Made by a program: the position numbers and the translations under genes. From contig CAYQVM010000002.1 in assembly GCA_964421145.1 (NCBI GenBank), positions 1-32,260 on the forward strand: a stretch of DNA of 32,260 nucleotides, written 5' to 3'. Shown piece after piece: positions 1 through 8,433 of this stretch. The DNA comes from an uncultured Planctomycetia bacterium (GTDB taxonomy: Bacteria > Omnitrophota > Gorgyraeia > JABMQH01). Each line of letters begins with the position of its first letter. Position 1 is the stretch's first letter. Under the pieces are notes generated by a model that ran no database searches, was not told where the DNA came from, and saw only the letters and a program-made list of their open reading frames with translations.

Positions 1-453
1 GCCTGTCCGGCAGGCAGGCGTATTGCGTATTGAGTTAATTTTTGCGCCCATTAGTGCTAATGGTTCTGCCACGCGTTTCATTGGCCGTTTCGAGAGCGAC
101 TTATCTCCGGTAAGCACGCACTCAAAATCCTGGCCGGCAAGTATTCCCATCAGGATCCTCATCGTCGTCCCGGAGTTGCCAAGATATAATTCTTTTTTAG
201 GTTTCTTTAAACCTTTTAGGCCTTCTCCTTCTACAATAATTTTTGGAATTTGGGATTTATCAATTCTTATTCCCATTTCTTTAAACGCATTGATGGCACA
301 GATACAATCATCTCCCATCAAAAAGTTTTTTATCTCGGTTGTGCCTTCGGCGATAGAGGATAACATTATCGCGCGCTGGGAAATGGATTTATCTCCGGGT
401 ATTTGGATGGCGCCTTCAATCTTATTTACAGGCTTTACTGTTATACTGGGCAT
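1..453 (-). CDS. aroA: 3-phosphoshikimate 1-carboxyvinyltransferase (EPSP synthase), first 151 codons; the gene continues past the left edge
   Basis: Absent from the ORF track because there is no stop in the window. My minus-strand translation from ATG at 453 reads MPSITVKPVNKIEGAIQIPGDKSISQRAIMLSSIAEGTTEIKNFLMGDDC...LYLGNSGTTMRILMGILAGQ...GDKSLSKRPMKRVAEPL. GDKSISQR, LGNSGTTMR and SLSKRPM are classic EPSPS motifs. The listed + ORF 23..463 is its antisense shadow. Confidence 0.9.
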   Translation of the reverse strand, partial: MPSITVKPVNKIEGAIQIPGDKSISQRAIMLSSIAEGTTEIKNFLMGDDCICAINAFKEMGIRIDKSQIPKIIVEGEGLKGLKKPKKELYLGNSGTTMRILMGILAGQDFECVLTGDKSLSKRPMKRVAEPLALMGAKINSIRNTPACRTG

Positions 454-466
454 TTACAGGTAGGTA

Positions 467-1321
467 TTAATTGGCGACGACTACGACTTCGTCACCTTCT
501 CTTATATCCACGTTTTTCGACTGGGGAGGAATTTTCGCGGCGGACATACTGGCATGCACCTTTTCAACTTCCAGCCGGGTTAAAAATTTGCCGTTTCTGT
601 GCACCTCCAGGTTCGTGCCGGGCCGTATGCCGGCATTTTCGCCAAGACTTACCACAACAAAATCGAATTTTTTATTAACAACTAATACTTCCCCTTTATC
701 CCGGTCGGCCTCAGCCGCGACGTTGGCGCTCGCAGATCCCGGCGCGGGTTCCTGCGCGGACTCCGCGGGAACGATTGCCACAGCCCCTCCGGCTGCCTCC
801 GGCTTCACGACTATTTTCTCAAGCTCAACCTCTTTTTTTGCCAATATATCTTTTAACTTATCTTCCAGCACCTCTTTGGCCTGCTGGATATTGAATAACT
901 GCATCTTCAATACTTCGCATTCGCTTTTTACATTGGCAAGATTAAGAGAGGCCTCTTCCTTCTGGGTCCTTATCTTCATCAGTTCGTCAACCAGCTTCTT
1001 GGATTCCCTTTTCTCGTTTTCTAACTGGGAGTATACCGATTCTCTCGATTTTTTTTCTTCGCCCAGCTGGCCCTCAAGGGATTTGGCCTTTTCCTCCAGG
1101 GTGCCCAGCTTGACCTCCAGGTCATTTTTTATCGTATTTGTTTCCTCCAGCTCCTTAGCCAACTTTACTTTTTCTTGCGTCAGGTCCTCAAGCTTTTTCT
1201 CTACCGCCACCCTTTTCTCTATCTCGCCCTGCCTCATAAAATACAAGGAGACCGTGCTGGCCAAAAAAATGGCGCTTGCGGCAAGCAGCACCATAAAAAT
1301 AGACTTGAAATTTTTTTCCAT
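467..1321 (-). CDS. Membrane-anchored coiled-coil protein of unknown function
   Basis: The 284-aa ORF has an N-terminal hydrophobic helix (IFMVLLAASAIFLASTVSLYF). About 170 aa of heptad-like E/K/L-rich sequence follows, then an Ala/Pro linker and a C-terminal beta-rich part (VLVVNKKFDFVVVSLGENAGIRPGT...). An AAGGA lies upstream of the ATG. I recognise no family. Confidence 0.7.
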   Translation of the reverse strand: MEKNFKSIFMVLLAASAIFLASTVSLYFMRQGEIEKRVAVEKKLEDLTQEKVKLAKELEETNTIKNDLEVKLGTLEEKAKSLEGQLGEEKKSRESVYSQLENEKRESKKLVDELMKIRTQKEEASLNLANVKSECEVLKMQLFNIQQAKEVLEDKLKDILAKKEVELEKIVVKPEAAGGAVAIVPAESAQEPAPGSASANVAAEADRDKGEVLVVNKKFDFVVVSLGENAGIRPGTNLEVHRNGKFLTRLEVEKVHASMSAAKIPPQSKNVDIREGDEVVVVAN

Positions 1322-1345
1322 TATTTATCCTTGGGTTATTCATAG

Positions 1346-1373
1346 ATTATATCACATGAATTTAGGATTTCAA
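1346..1373 (-). promoter_or_regulatory. Sigma70-like promoter for the coiled-coil gene and aroA
   Basis: The minus strand reads TTGAAA (1373..1368), a 16-nt spacer, then TATAAT (1351..1346), preceded by an extended -10 TG (TGATATAAT). It lies about 25 nt upstream of the ATG at 1321. Confidence 0.45.
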
Positions 1374-1374
1374 G

Positions 1375-1402
1375 TGAAATTTGCTTTGCTTTGCAAATTT
1401 CA
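1375..1402 (-). terminator. Hairpin just after the cbiO stop; possibly a weak terminator
   Basis: A perfect 10-bp inverted repeat TGAAATTTGC (1375..1384) / GCAAATTTCA (1393..1402) has an 8-nt loop and starts 2 nt after the stop at 1404..1406. The stem is AT-rich and has no clean U-tract, so its function is uncertain. Confidence 0.3.
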
Positions 1403-1403
1403 A

Positions 1404-2132
1404 TTACCGCAAACCAAGCGGTTTCTCAAGGTTGCTGGTGCGGAGAAGTTTTTCATCGCGCATAATTTTTTGTGTCTGGCCGTCGGCAGTAATCCGCCCC
1501 TGATGAAGCACAATGGTCCGCTCAGATAAATCTAGAGCCATGTCCAGGTCGTGCGTGGCGATTATTTTCGTATGCTTAAATGTCTTCAGTAATTCTATAA
1601 GCCGCCTTCGCGACCGAGGATCAAGGCTTGAGGTGGGTTCATCCATTACGAGGATATCGGGAGACATGGCAATGACCGTGGCGATAGAAACAGATCTTTT
1701 TTCCCCCTGAGAGAGTTTATACGGCGGGCGCTTAGCCAGGTGCGCCACGCCGACGGTTTCCAGCGCCTGTGCGACTACACGCCCTACCTCATCTTTTGTC
1801 AGGCCAAGATTTAGCGGCCCAAAGGCCACATCGTCAAAAACCGTCGGCATGAACAACTGGTCATCCGGATTCTGGAACACCATACCGACACTGCGGCGAA
1901 CAGCGTTCAGATTCTTTCTGGTCAGCGGATAATCTCCAATCCTGATAGTTCCCTGCGAAGCGGATAAATAGCCGTTCAAATGAAGCAAAAGCGTTGACTT
2001 GCCCGCGCCATTTTCTCCGACAAGAGCCACCGACTCTCCATGCGATATACGGAACGATACGCCTTTTAAGCCAACCGTGCCGTCCGGATACGTGTAATGA
2101 AGATCGGCCGCCTCAACAATATGGTGGCTCAT
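1404..2132 (-). CDS. cbiO: ECF/CbiO-type ABC transporter ATPase (nickel/cobalt uptake)
   Basis: Walker A is GENGAGKST, the signature is LSQGEKRSV and Walker B is ILVMDEPTSSLD. An ATGA overlap links it to the upstream T-component gene. Confidence 0.9.
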   Translation of the reverse strand: MSHHIVEAADLHYTYPDGTVGLKGVSFRISHGESVALVGENGAGKSTLLLHLNGYLSASQGTIRIGDYPLTRKNLNAVRRSVGMVFQNPDDQLFMPTVFDDVAFGPLNLGLTKDEVGRVVAQALETVGVAHLAKRPPYKLSQGEKRSVSIATVIAMSPDILVMDEPTSSLDPRSRRRLIELLKTFKHTKIIATHDLDMALDLSERTIVLHQGRITADGQTQKIMRDEKLLRTSNLEKPLGLR

Positions 2133-2941
2133 TTTAAAAGTCCCTTAATCAGCTCGCCCAACATCAGGGGAAGATTGAAGTATCTTAAAAATACAAACAG
2201 CAGCGCCCACCCAAAGATAAACACGATTTCCCTGTAACCAATTTTCATTGTCCTGCTAATACGGATGTTGCCGTCAAAGCCTCGGCAGCACATAGCGCGG
2301 TAAATTCGTTCCGCGCGATCGAGGGTGCGCAATAATAAATTGCCTACCAGTGAGACAAAAATCCTCAAATCCATTACCCCTGAATTAAACGCGCGGAATG
2401 ACCTCGCACGAACCATCCGTTCTGCCTCATCAGCCAGAACAAATATATACCTGTAAAAGAATAGAAGTTGAACTATAAACGGCTTCGGCACGCCGAATTT
2501 TGCCAGCGCCCCGCAGACAGCATTGAAACCGGTCAGGGATACTAAAATAAAAGCGGCTGTCACTGTTAATACAAAACGCAAGAGTATGGATACAAATGAA
2601 ACCCAGCCGCCGGAAACACCTATCGAACCGATCTGAATCAGTATTTCTCTGTCCACTAGGGGATTGAAGATACCGACTAATATGGCAAACGGCGAAACTA
2701 GTAATACTTTTTTCAGCAGATACCCTGTCGGCAGCCCGGCGACTGAAATCAAGACCACGGGATATATAAAAAACGGAATCAGGGCAGAAAGCGCGTATCT
2801 GTCGAATGAAACTACCGCAACGATAAACATCAAGGTAGCAACCAATTTGGCCCTCGGATCCAGGCGGTGCAACAGACTATCGCCGGCGGCCAAGGTATCC
2901 ATATATCCTATATCAAATGAATTCTTACCGATGTTATTCAT
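2129..2941 (-). CDS. cbiQ: ECF transporter transmembrane (T) component, CbiQ/NikQ
   Basis: The 270-aa polytopic protein has LHRLDPRAKL near the N-terminus. It also has the T-component Ala-Arg coupling region (ERMVRARSFRAF ... RAERIYRAM). Confidence 0.9.
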   Translation of the reverse strand: MNNIGKNSFDIGYMDTLAAGDSLLHRLDPRAKLVATLMFIVAVVSFDRYALSALIPFFIYPVVLISVAGLPTGYLLKKVLLVSPFAILVGIFNPLVDREILIQIGSIGVSGGWVSFVSILLRFVLTVTAAFILVSLTGFNAVCGALAKFGVPKPFIVQLLFFYRYIFVLADEAERMVRARSFRAFNSGVMDLRIFVSLVGNLLLRTLDRAERIYRAMCCRGFDGNIRISRTMKIGYREIVFIFGWALLFVFLRYFNLPLMLGELIKGLLK

Positions 2942-2953
2942 ACATAGTGGTTT

Positions 2954-3991
2954 TCAAGTCGCGCTTCTGCGTTTTCTGAGCCCCAGACCAATCAGGACGG
3001 CTATCAAAAGGGTCAGGGCCCCTCCGATCAACCCTGATACAGACGTTCCTGAATCAACTGTCGGCCAAGGCGTTTTTACGTCGGCTTCAGGCTCAGTTTC
3101 AGCAGGTTCGTTTTTCTTAAAACCATAGTCTGGCAAAAAAGCTGTTTTTTCCTGAATACCCGCCAAAGAAACGTGCACGCCCTCGCGGTTTTCCAGTTCT
3201 TCTTTACCGGAAGTCCTAAACATAGCCCATTCCAATCCATCCGGATTGCCTGATGCAAACCAACTTAACGCCCCTCCCGCAATCGCAGCGGCCATTACCA
3301 GGCCAAGAAGGACTTTTTTCATATCAACCGCACCGATTGGAACAGAGCGCTCTGAAGCATTTAATATCTCTGGCCGCGCTTTCCAAACAAAAGCAACCAC
3401 AGCTGCGGTAACCAGGCCTTCTACGATGCCTATTGCCAAGTGTATAGGCTGCATCAAAAGCACAAACGTACGAAACGGCAATTCCGATATTCCGGAAAAT
3501 ACTGTCTCGAGGACTACGCCAAAGGCTCCAAGCTGCAAACCTATAAGAGCCGCAACAAGAGAACCAAGCATGATCTTCTGCCCGGTGGCATCATCTCCGA
3601 CAATCTTGCGGTAGATAAGCGGATAAGCGAAAAAGCATGGGAAAAACCCAAGGTTAAATATATTACATCCCAGAGCCAGAAGCCCTCCGTCAGCGAAAAA
3701 CAATGCCTGAACTATTAGCACCGATGCCATTACAAGAAATGCCGCGCAGGGCCCCAAAAGAATCGCCAGGATCATCCCTCCGCCCAGGTGCCCGCTGGAG
3801 CCGGTAGCCGGGATGCTGAAATTAATCATTTGCGCCGCAAAAATAAAAGCGCCTAATACGCCCATGAGCGGGACCTTACGGTCATCCGCCTCCTCTTTTA
3901 CTTTCTTAGCGCTGTAGGCGATAAGTCCCGCTGTGGCCGCCCACATAGTGCCGCCAACAGCAGGGGATATTAAAGCATCAGCCATATGCAT
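2954..3991 (-). CDS. cbiM: CbiM/NikM-type metal-specific ECF S component fused to a C-terminal PDGLE domain
   Basis: The N-terminus MHMADALISPAVGG carries the Met1-His2 metal-binding start typical of CbiM/NikM. Several TM helices follow, then ...SWFASGNPDGLEWAMF (a literal PDGLE motif) and a final TM helix. An AAAGGAG RBS precedes the ATG. Confidence 0.85.
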   Translation of the reverse strand: MHMADALISPAVGGTMWAATAGLIAYSAKKVKEEADDRKVPLMGVLGAFIFAAQMINFSIPATGSSGHLGGGMILAILLGPCAAFLVMASVLIVQALFFADGGLLALGCNIFNLGFFPCFFAYPLIYRKIVGDDATGQKIMLGSLVAALIGLQLGAFGVVLETVFSGISELPFRTFVLLMQPIHLAIGIVEGLVTAAVVAFVWKARPEILNASERSVPIGAVDMKKVLLGLVMAAAIAGGALSWFASGNPDGLEWAMFRTSGKEELENREGVHVSLAGIQEKTAFLPDYGFKKNEPAETEPEADVKTPWPTVDSGTSVSGLIGGALTLLIAVLIGLGLRKRRSAT

Positions 3992-4015
3992 AGGTTTTAC
4001 TCCTTTCTTTTTGTA

Positions 4016-5368
4016 TTAAAAATCAATTTGCGCCCTCATGCCGTACACAAAAATAGAGTCCGTATCATCCGTTACATCTTTTCCGAAAGGATTCCATATA
4101 TACTGAAAATCCGGGCTGATAGATAGATGGTCGTTAAGATGCATGTTATAATAGGTCTCAAAGTGGCCCTCATTCTTTGCCCGCAGAGTTGAAGACGCCT
4201 TCTTATAATTATCAGATGGTATCGCTTCGCCTACGGCGAAGGCCAGGATGTCTTCCTTTCGCCCCCAATGGCTGCCGTCAATCTGTAAACCGGCGCTCCA
4301 TGAATGTTCAAGGCTGTATTCAAGTGAGCCAGCCGTTGTCGTGACACTTGGATTGTGCACTTTCGGGTCCTGCCATCCGTATCTGGTAAACAAGGTTATA
4401 ATCTCGTTTACCTTCTGATCAAAGCTTAACCCAAAGCCGTACGCGCCCTCTTTCTTTTTTGAAGTGTCAAGCCACTTTGTATGATAGGCATTATTGCACC
4501 ACCCATAAAAACGGTAATTGCCTTTTAAATCAAAGAATTTGGGCTTGAAGGCAATCTGGCCTATATTAAACAGGCTGTCAAAAATCCTTTCCCAGTCGCT
4601 GTCCGCGTCAAAGGCACCGTAACTTAACTCGATTATTTCCTGCGGTTCCCATGCGAGCCTGATACCGGCCGTATTATCCGGGAACTCAAGCGTCGGGCTG
4701 TTTCTGAATATCTTGCCCAAAAATTGCGTGGTCTCGTCGTTTGCCGCCTCATTGTTGTCAAAATAGGCGGTCGGATCAAGTTTCCCGAATGTAACCATGG
4801 CCTTATCATCAAACAGGCCCTGCTCATACAAAAGCTCCGAGATCCTCACGCTAATATCATTATTGGCGTCCTTGTTCACATTACTGTAGAGGGTCAGTTC
4901 ATTTTCGAGGCCCAGGCCCTGTCCCGTTTCAAGATGGGCAAAGGCCTTCCCGTTTATCTCCTCAAATTCTTTTGTGATCATAATATCCGCGGAATACGAC
5001 GCATCCGCTTTGTCTTCTTTCTTTTTCTCGGTGGCATTGGTATTATTTGTACCCTGGACCACAATCGTGGCGCCGGCCCCTACCGAGAATCCCGCCTTTT
5101 CTATGGCAGGCACCCCGACCTGGCGATGCAGTTGTTGGTCAAAATCGGCGAGCTTAGATTCGTATGAATCGATTTTTTGTTTCTGCTGGGTTATACAGGT
5201 GTTCTGTTCTCTTATGCATTTATCGCATTCCGCAAGCTTATTTTCAAGGGCCTGGACACGGGCCTCCAGTTCGGATACTTTTTCATCAAGCCCGCCTTCC
5301 GCAAAAACAGGCGAGCCCAGTAGTAAACACACAACTGTCAGAAATAAAAACACTCTGCCCAAAAACAT
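4016..5368 (-). CDS. Outer-membrane beta-barrel porin (OprB-like, tentative) with an N-terminal coiled coil
   Basis: I prefer the ATG at 5368 (MFLGRVFLFLTVVCLLLGSPVFA, a signal peptide) because GGAGG lies 7 nt upstream; the ORF track starts at 5425. A coiled-coil segment (SELEARVQALENKLAE...) follows. After it comes a long stretch with alternating hydrophobic and aromatic residues that ends ...YGMRAQIDF, with the C-terminal Phe typical of OM barrels. Confidence 0.7.
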   Translation of the reverse strand: MFLGRVFLFLTVVCLLLGSPVFAEGGLDEKVSELEARVQALENKLAECDKCIREQNTCITQQKQKIDSYESKLADFDQQLHRQVGVPAIEKAGFSVGAGATIVVQGTNNTNATEKKKEDKADASYSADIMITKEFEEINGKAFAHLETGQGLGLENELTLYSNVNKDANNDISVRISELLYEQGLFDDKAMVTFGKLDPTAYFDNNEAANDETTQFLGKIFRNSPTLEFPDNTAGIRLAWEPQEIIELSYGAFDADSDWERIFDSLFNIGQIAFKPKFFDLKGNYRFYGWCNNAYHTKWLDTSKKKEGAYGFGLSFDQKVNEIITLFTRYGWQDPKVHNPSVTTTAGSLEYSLEHSWSAGLQIDGSHWGRKEDILAFAVGEAIPSDNYKKASSTLRAKNEGHFETYYNMHLNDHLSISPDFQYIWNPFGKDVTDDTDSIFVYGMRAQIDF

Positions 5369-5434
5369 ATCCTTACCTCCTTCCATTTTTGCTACCTTTT
5401 TTAAAAAAGTGCTACCGTCACACAAAAAAAATTA

Positions 5435-5848
5435 CTAAATACCCTTCCCGGTCGTAGCCATGCTTAAGGTCCCGTATTTTACACCCTTTATACTCCTGAG
5501 CGTATCCGCCAGGCGCTGAACCTCTTTAGGGGTCCCTTTTACCGCGATGATCTCAAGGCAGTTTTCGTGGTCCAGATGAATATGCTGGGTTGACATGATT
5601 AGTTTTTGAAAATCGTGCTGCAACTCGGTAAGCTTATTGACAAGTTCTCTTTTATGGTGGTCGTAAATAAGGGTGATGGCGCCTGCCACCTCTTTATCTT
5701 CCTGCCATTCCTTTTTTATCAATTCCTGCCGTATCAAATCCCTGATAGCCTCGGAACGGTTGGTATAATTTCTCTTTTTAATAAGCTGGTCAAATTTTTC
5801 CTGAAGGTCTTTTTCTATAGATATGCCAAACCTGATAAGTCTTGCCAT
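5435..5848 (-). CDS. nikR: Nickel-responsive transcriptional regulator NikR
   Basis: The ribbon-helix-helix N-terminus is RFGISIEKDLQEKFDQLIKKRNYTNRSEAIRDLIR. The C-terminal metal-binding domain carries a His/Cys cluster (YDHHKRE...HIHLDHENCLEII). An AAGGAG RBS is present. Confidence 0.9.
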   Translation of the reverse strand: MARLIRFGISIEKDLQEKFDQLIKKRNYTNRSEAIRDLIRQELIKKEWQEDKEVAGAITLIYDHHKRELVNKLTELQHDFQKLIMSTQHIHLDHENCLEIIAVKGTPKEVQRLADTLRSIKGVKYGTLSMATTGKGI

Positions 5849-5859
5849 ATGTCTCCTTA

Positions 5860-5886
5860 GTGTTATTTTTATTATAAACGTAGCAC
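5860..5886 (-). promoter_or_regulatory. Candidate NikR operator overlapping the nikR promoter
   Basis: The sequence is GTGTTAT-N13-GTAGCAC. This is one mismatch per half-site from the GTGTTAC-N13/14-GTAACAC type of predicted NikR box, as I recall it from comparative genomics. It spans the -10 element through to the RBS of nikR. Confidence 0.5.
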
Positions 5887-5898
5887 AAAATTTGTCAA
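5871..5898 (-). promoter_or_regulatory. Consensus sigma70 promoter of the nikR-porin-cbiMQO operon
   Basis: The minus strand reads TTGACA (5898..5893), a 16-nt spacer and TATAAT (5876..5871). Both hexamers match consensus exactly, about 25 nt upstream of the nikR ATG. Confidence 0.6.
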
Positions 5899-5926
5899 GG
5901 AAAAAATTACGAGATTAAATGGTGGG

Positions 5927-6988
5927 TTAGACGATTTTCAAATCGTATTCTAGGTTGCCGAGTTTTTTCTGCGCGGCATACTTAAACATCTCGTTGTACT
6001 CGCCCCTGCCCTGCGCCTTTAGAAATATATCCTCTCCCTTATTTATCAAGTCGGCGGTCGCCTTGTCTACGCTGAGCGCATCTGTCGAGGCGAGGATCCC
6101 TAAATCCTGCGTTATGATCTGTTCATTCTTGGCTGAGATACAGTCGCATTCCTTGGTGACATCGAATATAAAATTTATGAAAAATTTATTTTTGAACCTT
6201 GAGAGTATGAATCCGGCCGTGTCCGCCATCCTCTTACAAAATATAAGCGCATCCTCTTTCCAGTTGACGCCAATTGCGTCAAACTTGCAGGCACATAGGC
6301 ATTCGCCGCAGCCTACACAAACCTTCGGGTCTATAAAGGCCTTTTCTTCTTCCCAGGATATAGCTGAAACCGGACAGATGCTTATGCAACAGCCGCAGGC
6401 CGTGCACTTTTGTACCGTGACGCACGGTTTAACTGAAGAGTGCTGGACCTGTTTCGTCGGCTTGCAGGCCATGCCCATCGCCACATTTTTTATGGCGCCG
6501 GCATAACCGGACAGGATATGCCCTGTCACGTGCGAAATCACAACAAGGCTGTCCGTCATGCCTACAAAAGACGGCGTCTTTATTTTATTGATATGGCTTG
6601 AGTGGATATGGTGTTCCTTGCCATCCTGGCCCAGCAGGCCGTCCGCCACAACAAAAGGCGCGCCTATTTTTGAATGGCCGAAACCCTTGTTATTGGCAAG
6701 CGTCAGATGGTCAACCGCGTTCTGCCTCTCTCCTTTATATATGACGTTCGTATCAAATAGAAACGGCCTGGTCTTCTTTGCCTTCAGCTCGGATACGACT
6801 ATCTTCACCAATTCCGGGCTGACATGATAGATACACTGGCTATCTCCAATAGTTATCTTTACGGGGATAATTTCGTCTTTTTTGTATCCGGAAAAAGGAT
6901 CGGCAGCTTCAATAAGCCTCTTTAAGGCCCCGGCCCTTTCCTTAACGTCCCTGCTTTTTGTCTTTGAAAAATAGACTACGCTTTTCAT
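5927..6988 (-). CDS. DUF362 domain protein with an inserted 2x[4Fe-4S] ferredoxin domain
   Basis: I prefer the start MKSVVYFSK... at 6988; the track ORF starts at 7054. Two CxxCxxCxxxCP-type motifs are present: CTACGCCISICP and CVGCGECLCAC. The overall layout is that of DUF362 Fe-S proteins. Confidence 0.8.
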   Translation of the reverse strand: MKSVVYFSKTKSRDVKERAGALKRLIEAADPFSGYKKDEIIPVKITIGDSQCIYHVSPELVKIVVSELKAKKTRPFLFDTNVIYKGERQNAVDHLTLANNKGFGHSKIGAPFVVADGLLGQDGKEHHIHSSHINKIKTPSFVGMTDSLVVISHVTGHILSGYAGAIKNVAMGMACKPTKQVQHSSVKPCVTVQKCTACGCCISICPVSAISWEEEKAFIDPKVCVGCGECLCACKFDAIGVNWKEDALIFCKRMADTAGFILSRFKNKFFINFIFDVTKECDCISAKNEQIITQDLGILASTDALSVDKATADLINKGEDIFLKAQGRGEYNEMFKYAAQKKLGNLEYDLKIV

Positions 6989-7169
6989 ATTGCCCCAGTT
7001 TTTTGAGGGCCTCAAGCACAAGTGGCTTGTTAGCCGGATTCTTGTACTGCACAAGCGCCCTCTGCATCTTTCTTTCCTTGAATGTCTTCGCTACATAGAC
7101 CCTTTTGCCCGTAAAGGGGTCCTTTTCAGTATAATACATAGCCCCCGATACAGTCAACGGCTTTACCAT
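6942..7169 (-). CDS. Small ORF resembling the DUF3362 C-terminal tail of YgiQ-type radical SAM proteins
   Basis: The 75-aa ORF contains AMYYTEKDPFTGKRVYVAKTFKERKMQRALVQYKNPANKPLVLEALKKLG. This matches my recollection of the YgiQ/UPF0313 C-terminus (MYYTG.DP...V.VAK...EK..QRALLQY..P.N...V.EAL...G). Its ATG directly abuts, in the same frame, the TAG stop of the upstream radical SAM gene. Its 3' end overlaps the next gene by 47 nt. Confidence 0.45.
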   Translation of the reverse strand: MVKPLTVSGAMYYTEKDPFTGKRVYVAKTFKERKMQRALVQYKNPANKPLVLEALKKLGQYEKRSLFFKDKKQGR

Positions 7170-8420
7170 CTATCGTCCTGATATCATTCGCCTTGAAGGG
7201 TTATAATAGCCCATCATTAAGCGGGGGAATTGTTTCTTAAGCGTTTCTATGATCTCACGCACGCCCAGCATATTGGTTCTGTCTGCATGGATCTTCAGTA
7301 TCTCAAAATATCTCACGGGATCAAAATTAAGGTTGCGCCACTGGACCATGTCTATTTTATATGAACTTACGAGTTTTTTAAAGGCCTTAAATTCATCCGC
7401 TGAATCCGTAAAACCGGGCATTGTTAAATAATTTACAGAAACAAATCGTCCTTTGGTCTTCGCGATCCGTATGGACTCCAAAACATCGCCGAAGCCATAA
7501 TCTTTAGGTTTATAATAACGCAGGTAATATTCATATCTAGCGCTGTTTAAGCTGACCCGTATGCTGTCAAGGCCGGCGTCAAATAATCTTTCAAGGATGC
7601 GCGGCCTGCTGGCATTGGTATTCATGTTGATTATCCCCTTGGCCGTCTTTTTTCTTATCAATATTATGGATCTTTCTATTGTCTCTGCACGCAATAACGG
7701 TTCCCCTTCGCACCCCTGGCCAAAACTTACAACAGGATCCGCCACCCGGCCAATATGGAATAAGGCCGCCTCGGCAACTTCCTCAGCCGTAGGGGTAAAT
7801 TTAATCCTCGGCTGGGAGGCCTTGCAGTCCCTGCCCGGCTGATATGAAATACAACCCCTACAAGAGGCGTTACAGGCCGGGGATGTCGGAAGCGGCCCTT
7901 CGTATCTGCCCAGGAAAAAATTCTGGGCGCCGGGGCAGCCATAAACCAAAGCACAGTTGACGAGATGCCCTACAAGCCTGTTTTTGGGGAATATCTTTTT
8001 TATTTTCCATATTTCCTTCTTTACCTCATTAATATTAATAAAGCGGGGATCATGGAAATGCCTGGAATCGGTTTTTATGGCGGCTGCGTAAATTTCGCCC
8101 TTATAAAAGGCGCACGCGGCGTATGAAAAAAGCGGCAGCGTGTGCGGCGAGCCTTCTTCTTTATATGCGGCGCTGTACGTAGCCGTAAAGGCAGGCGCCA
8201 CAAAAGCGGCCACGCTATAAACGCCTTCAAGAACCCTAAACTTACCGGTATTTTTATCCAGCCCGACAGCCAACCTTGAGGGCAGCATAAACAGGCGACT
8301 TCTATAAGGCAGCCTGATAAGCCCTGCCGGGTCCAGCTTAAAATACAGGCCACCCTTCATTCCGGTGGCCCCTAAGTAGGGAACATTGTATATCCTTCCC
8401 TTAAAATCCGAAACTAACAA
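7170..8420 (-). CDS. Radical SAM enzyme of unknown specificity
   Basis: A CX3CX2C cluster motif (CNASCRGC) sits after an N-terminal domain of about 180 aa. GQGCEGEPLL and a TIM-barrel-like remainder follow. The start is uncertain: TTG at 8420 has no obvious RBS, and the next in-frame ATG is at 8360. Confidence 0.8.
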   Translation of the reverse strand: MLVSDFKGRIYNVPYLGATGMKGGLYFKLDPAGLIRLPYRSRLFMLPSRLAVGLDKNTGKFRVLEGVYSVAAFVAPAFTATYSAAYKEEGSPHTLPLFSYAACAFYKGEIYAAAIKTDSRHFHDPRFININEVKKEIWKIKKIFPKNRLVGHLVNCALVYGCPGAQNFFLGRYEGPLPTSPACNASCRGCISYQPGRDCKASQPRIKFTPTAEEVAEAALFHIGRVADPVVSFGQGCEGEPLLRAETIERSIILIRKKTAKGIINMNTNASRPRILERLFDAGLDSIRVSLNSARYEYYLRYYKPKDYGFGDVLESIRIAKTKGRFVSVNYLTMPGFTDSADEFKAFKKLVSSYKIDMVQWRNLNFDPVRYFEILKIHADRTNMLGVREIIETLKKQFPRLMMGYYNPSRRMISGR

Positions 8421-8433
8421 TTGGGGAGTGTTT

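Noticed and set aside
23-463. A 146-aa plus-strand ORF at the left edge.
   Set aside because: The opposite strand encodes an unmistakable EPSP synthase N-terminus, so this ORF is the antisense shadow.
471-1529. A 352-aa plus-strand ORF, the longest plus-strand ORF in the window.
   Set aside because: It is antisense to the Glu/Lys/Leu-rich coiled-coil gene and to the cbiO 3' end. Its Ser/Phe/Thr-rich, low-complexity translation is what the reverse complement of GAA/AAG/CTT-rich coding sequence produces. It has no motifs or RBS, and it crosses an intergenic promoter and hairpin.
3992-4015. A B12 or NiCo riboswitch expected upstream of a cbiM-type transporter.
   Set aside because: The intergenic space is only 24 nt, and the operon is headed by nikR with a NikR-like box. 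There is no room for a riboswitch.
7170-7172. Pyrrolysine decoding of the in-frame TAG.
   Set aside because: There is no pylS/pylT/pylBCD in the window and no other evidence. The downstream ORF has its own ATG. I kept it only as a low-probability option within the finding.
7727-8353. Minus-strand alternative-frame ORFs (7727..7954 and 8075..8353) nested in the radical SAM gene. Similar nested ORFs occur at 3076..3258 and 4633..4827.
   Set aside because: They are Arg/Pro/Leu-rich out-of-frame translations inside well-supported genes, with no independent signals.
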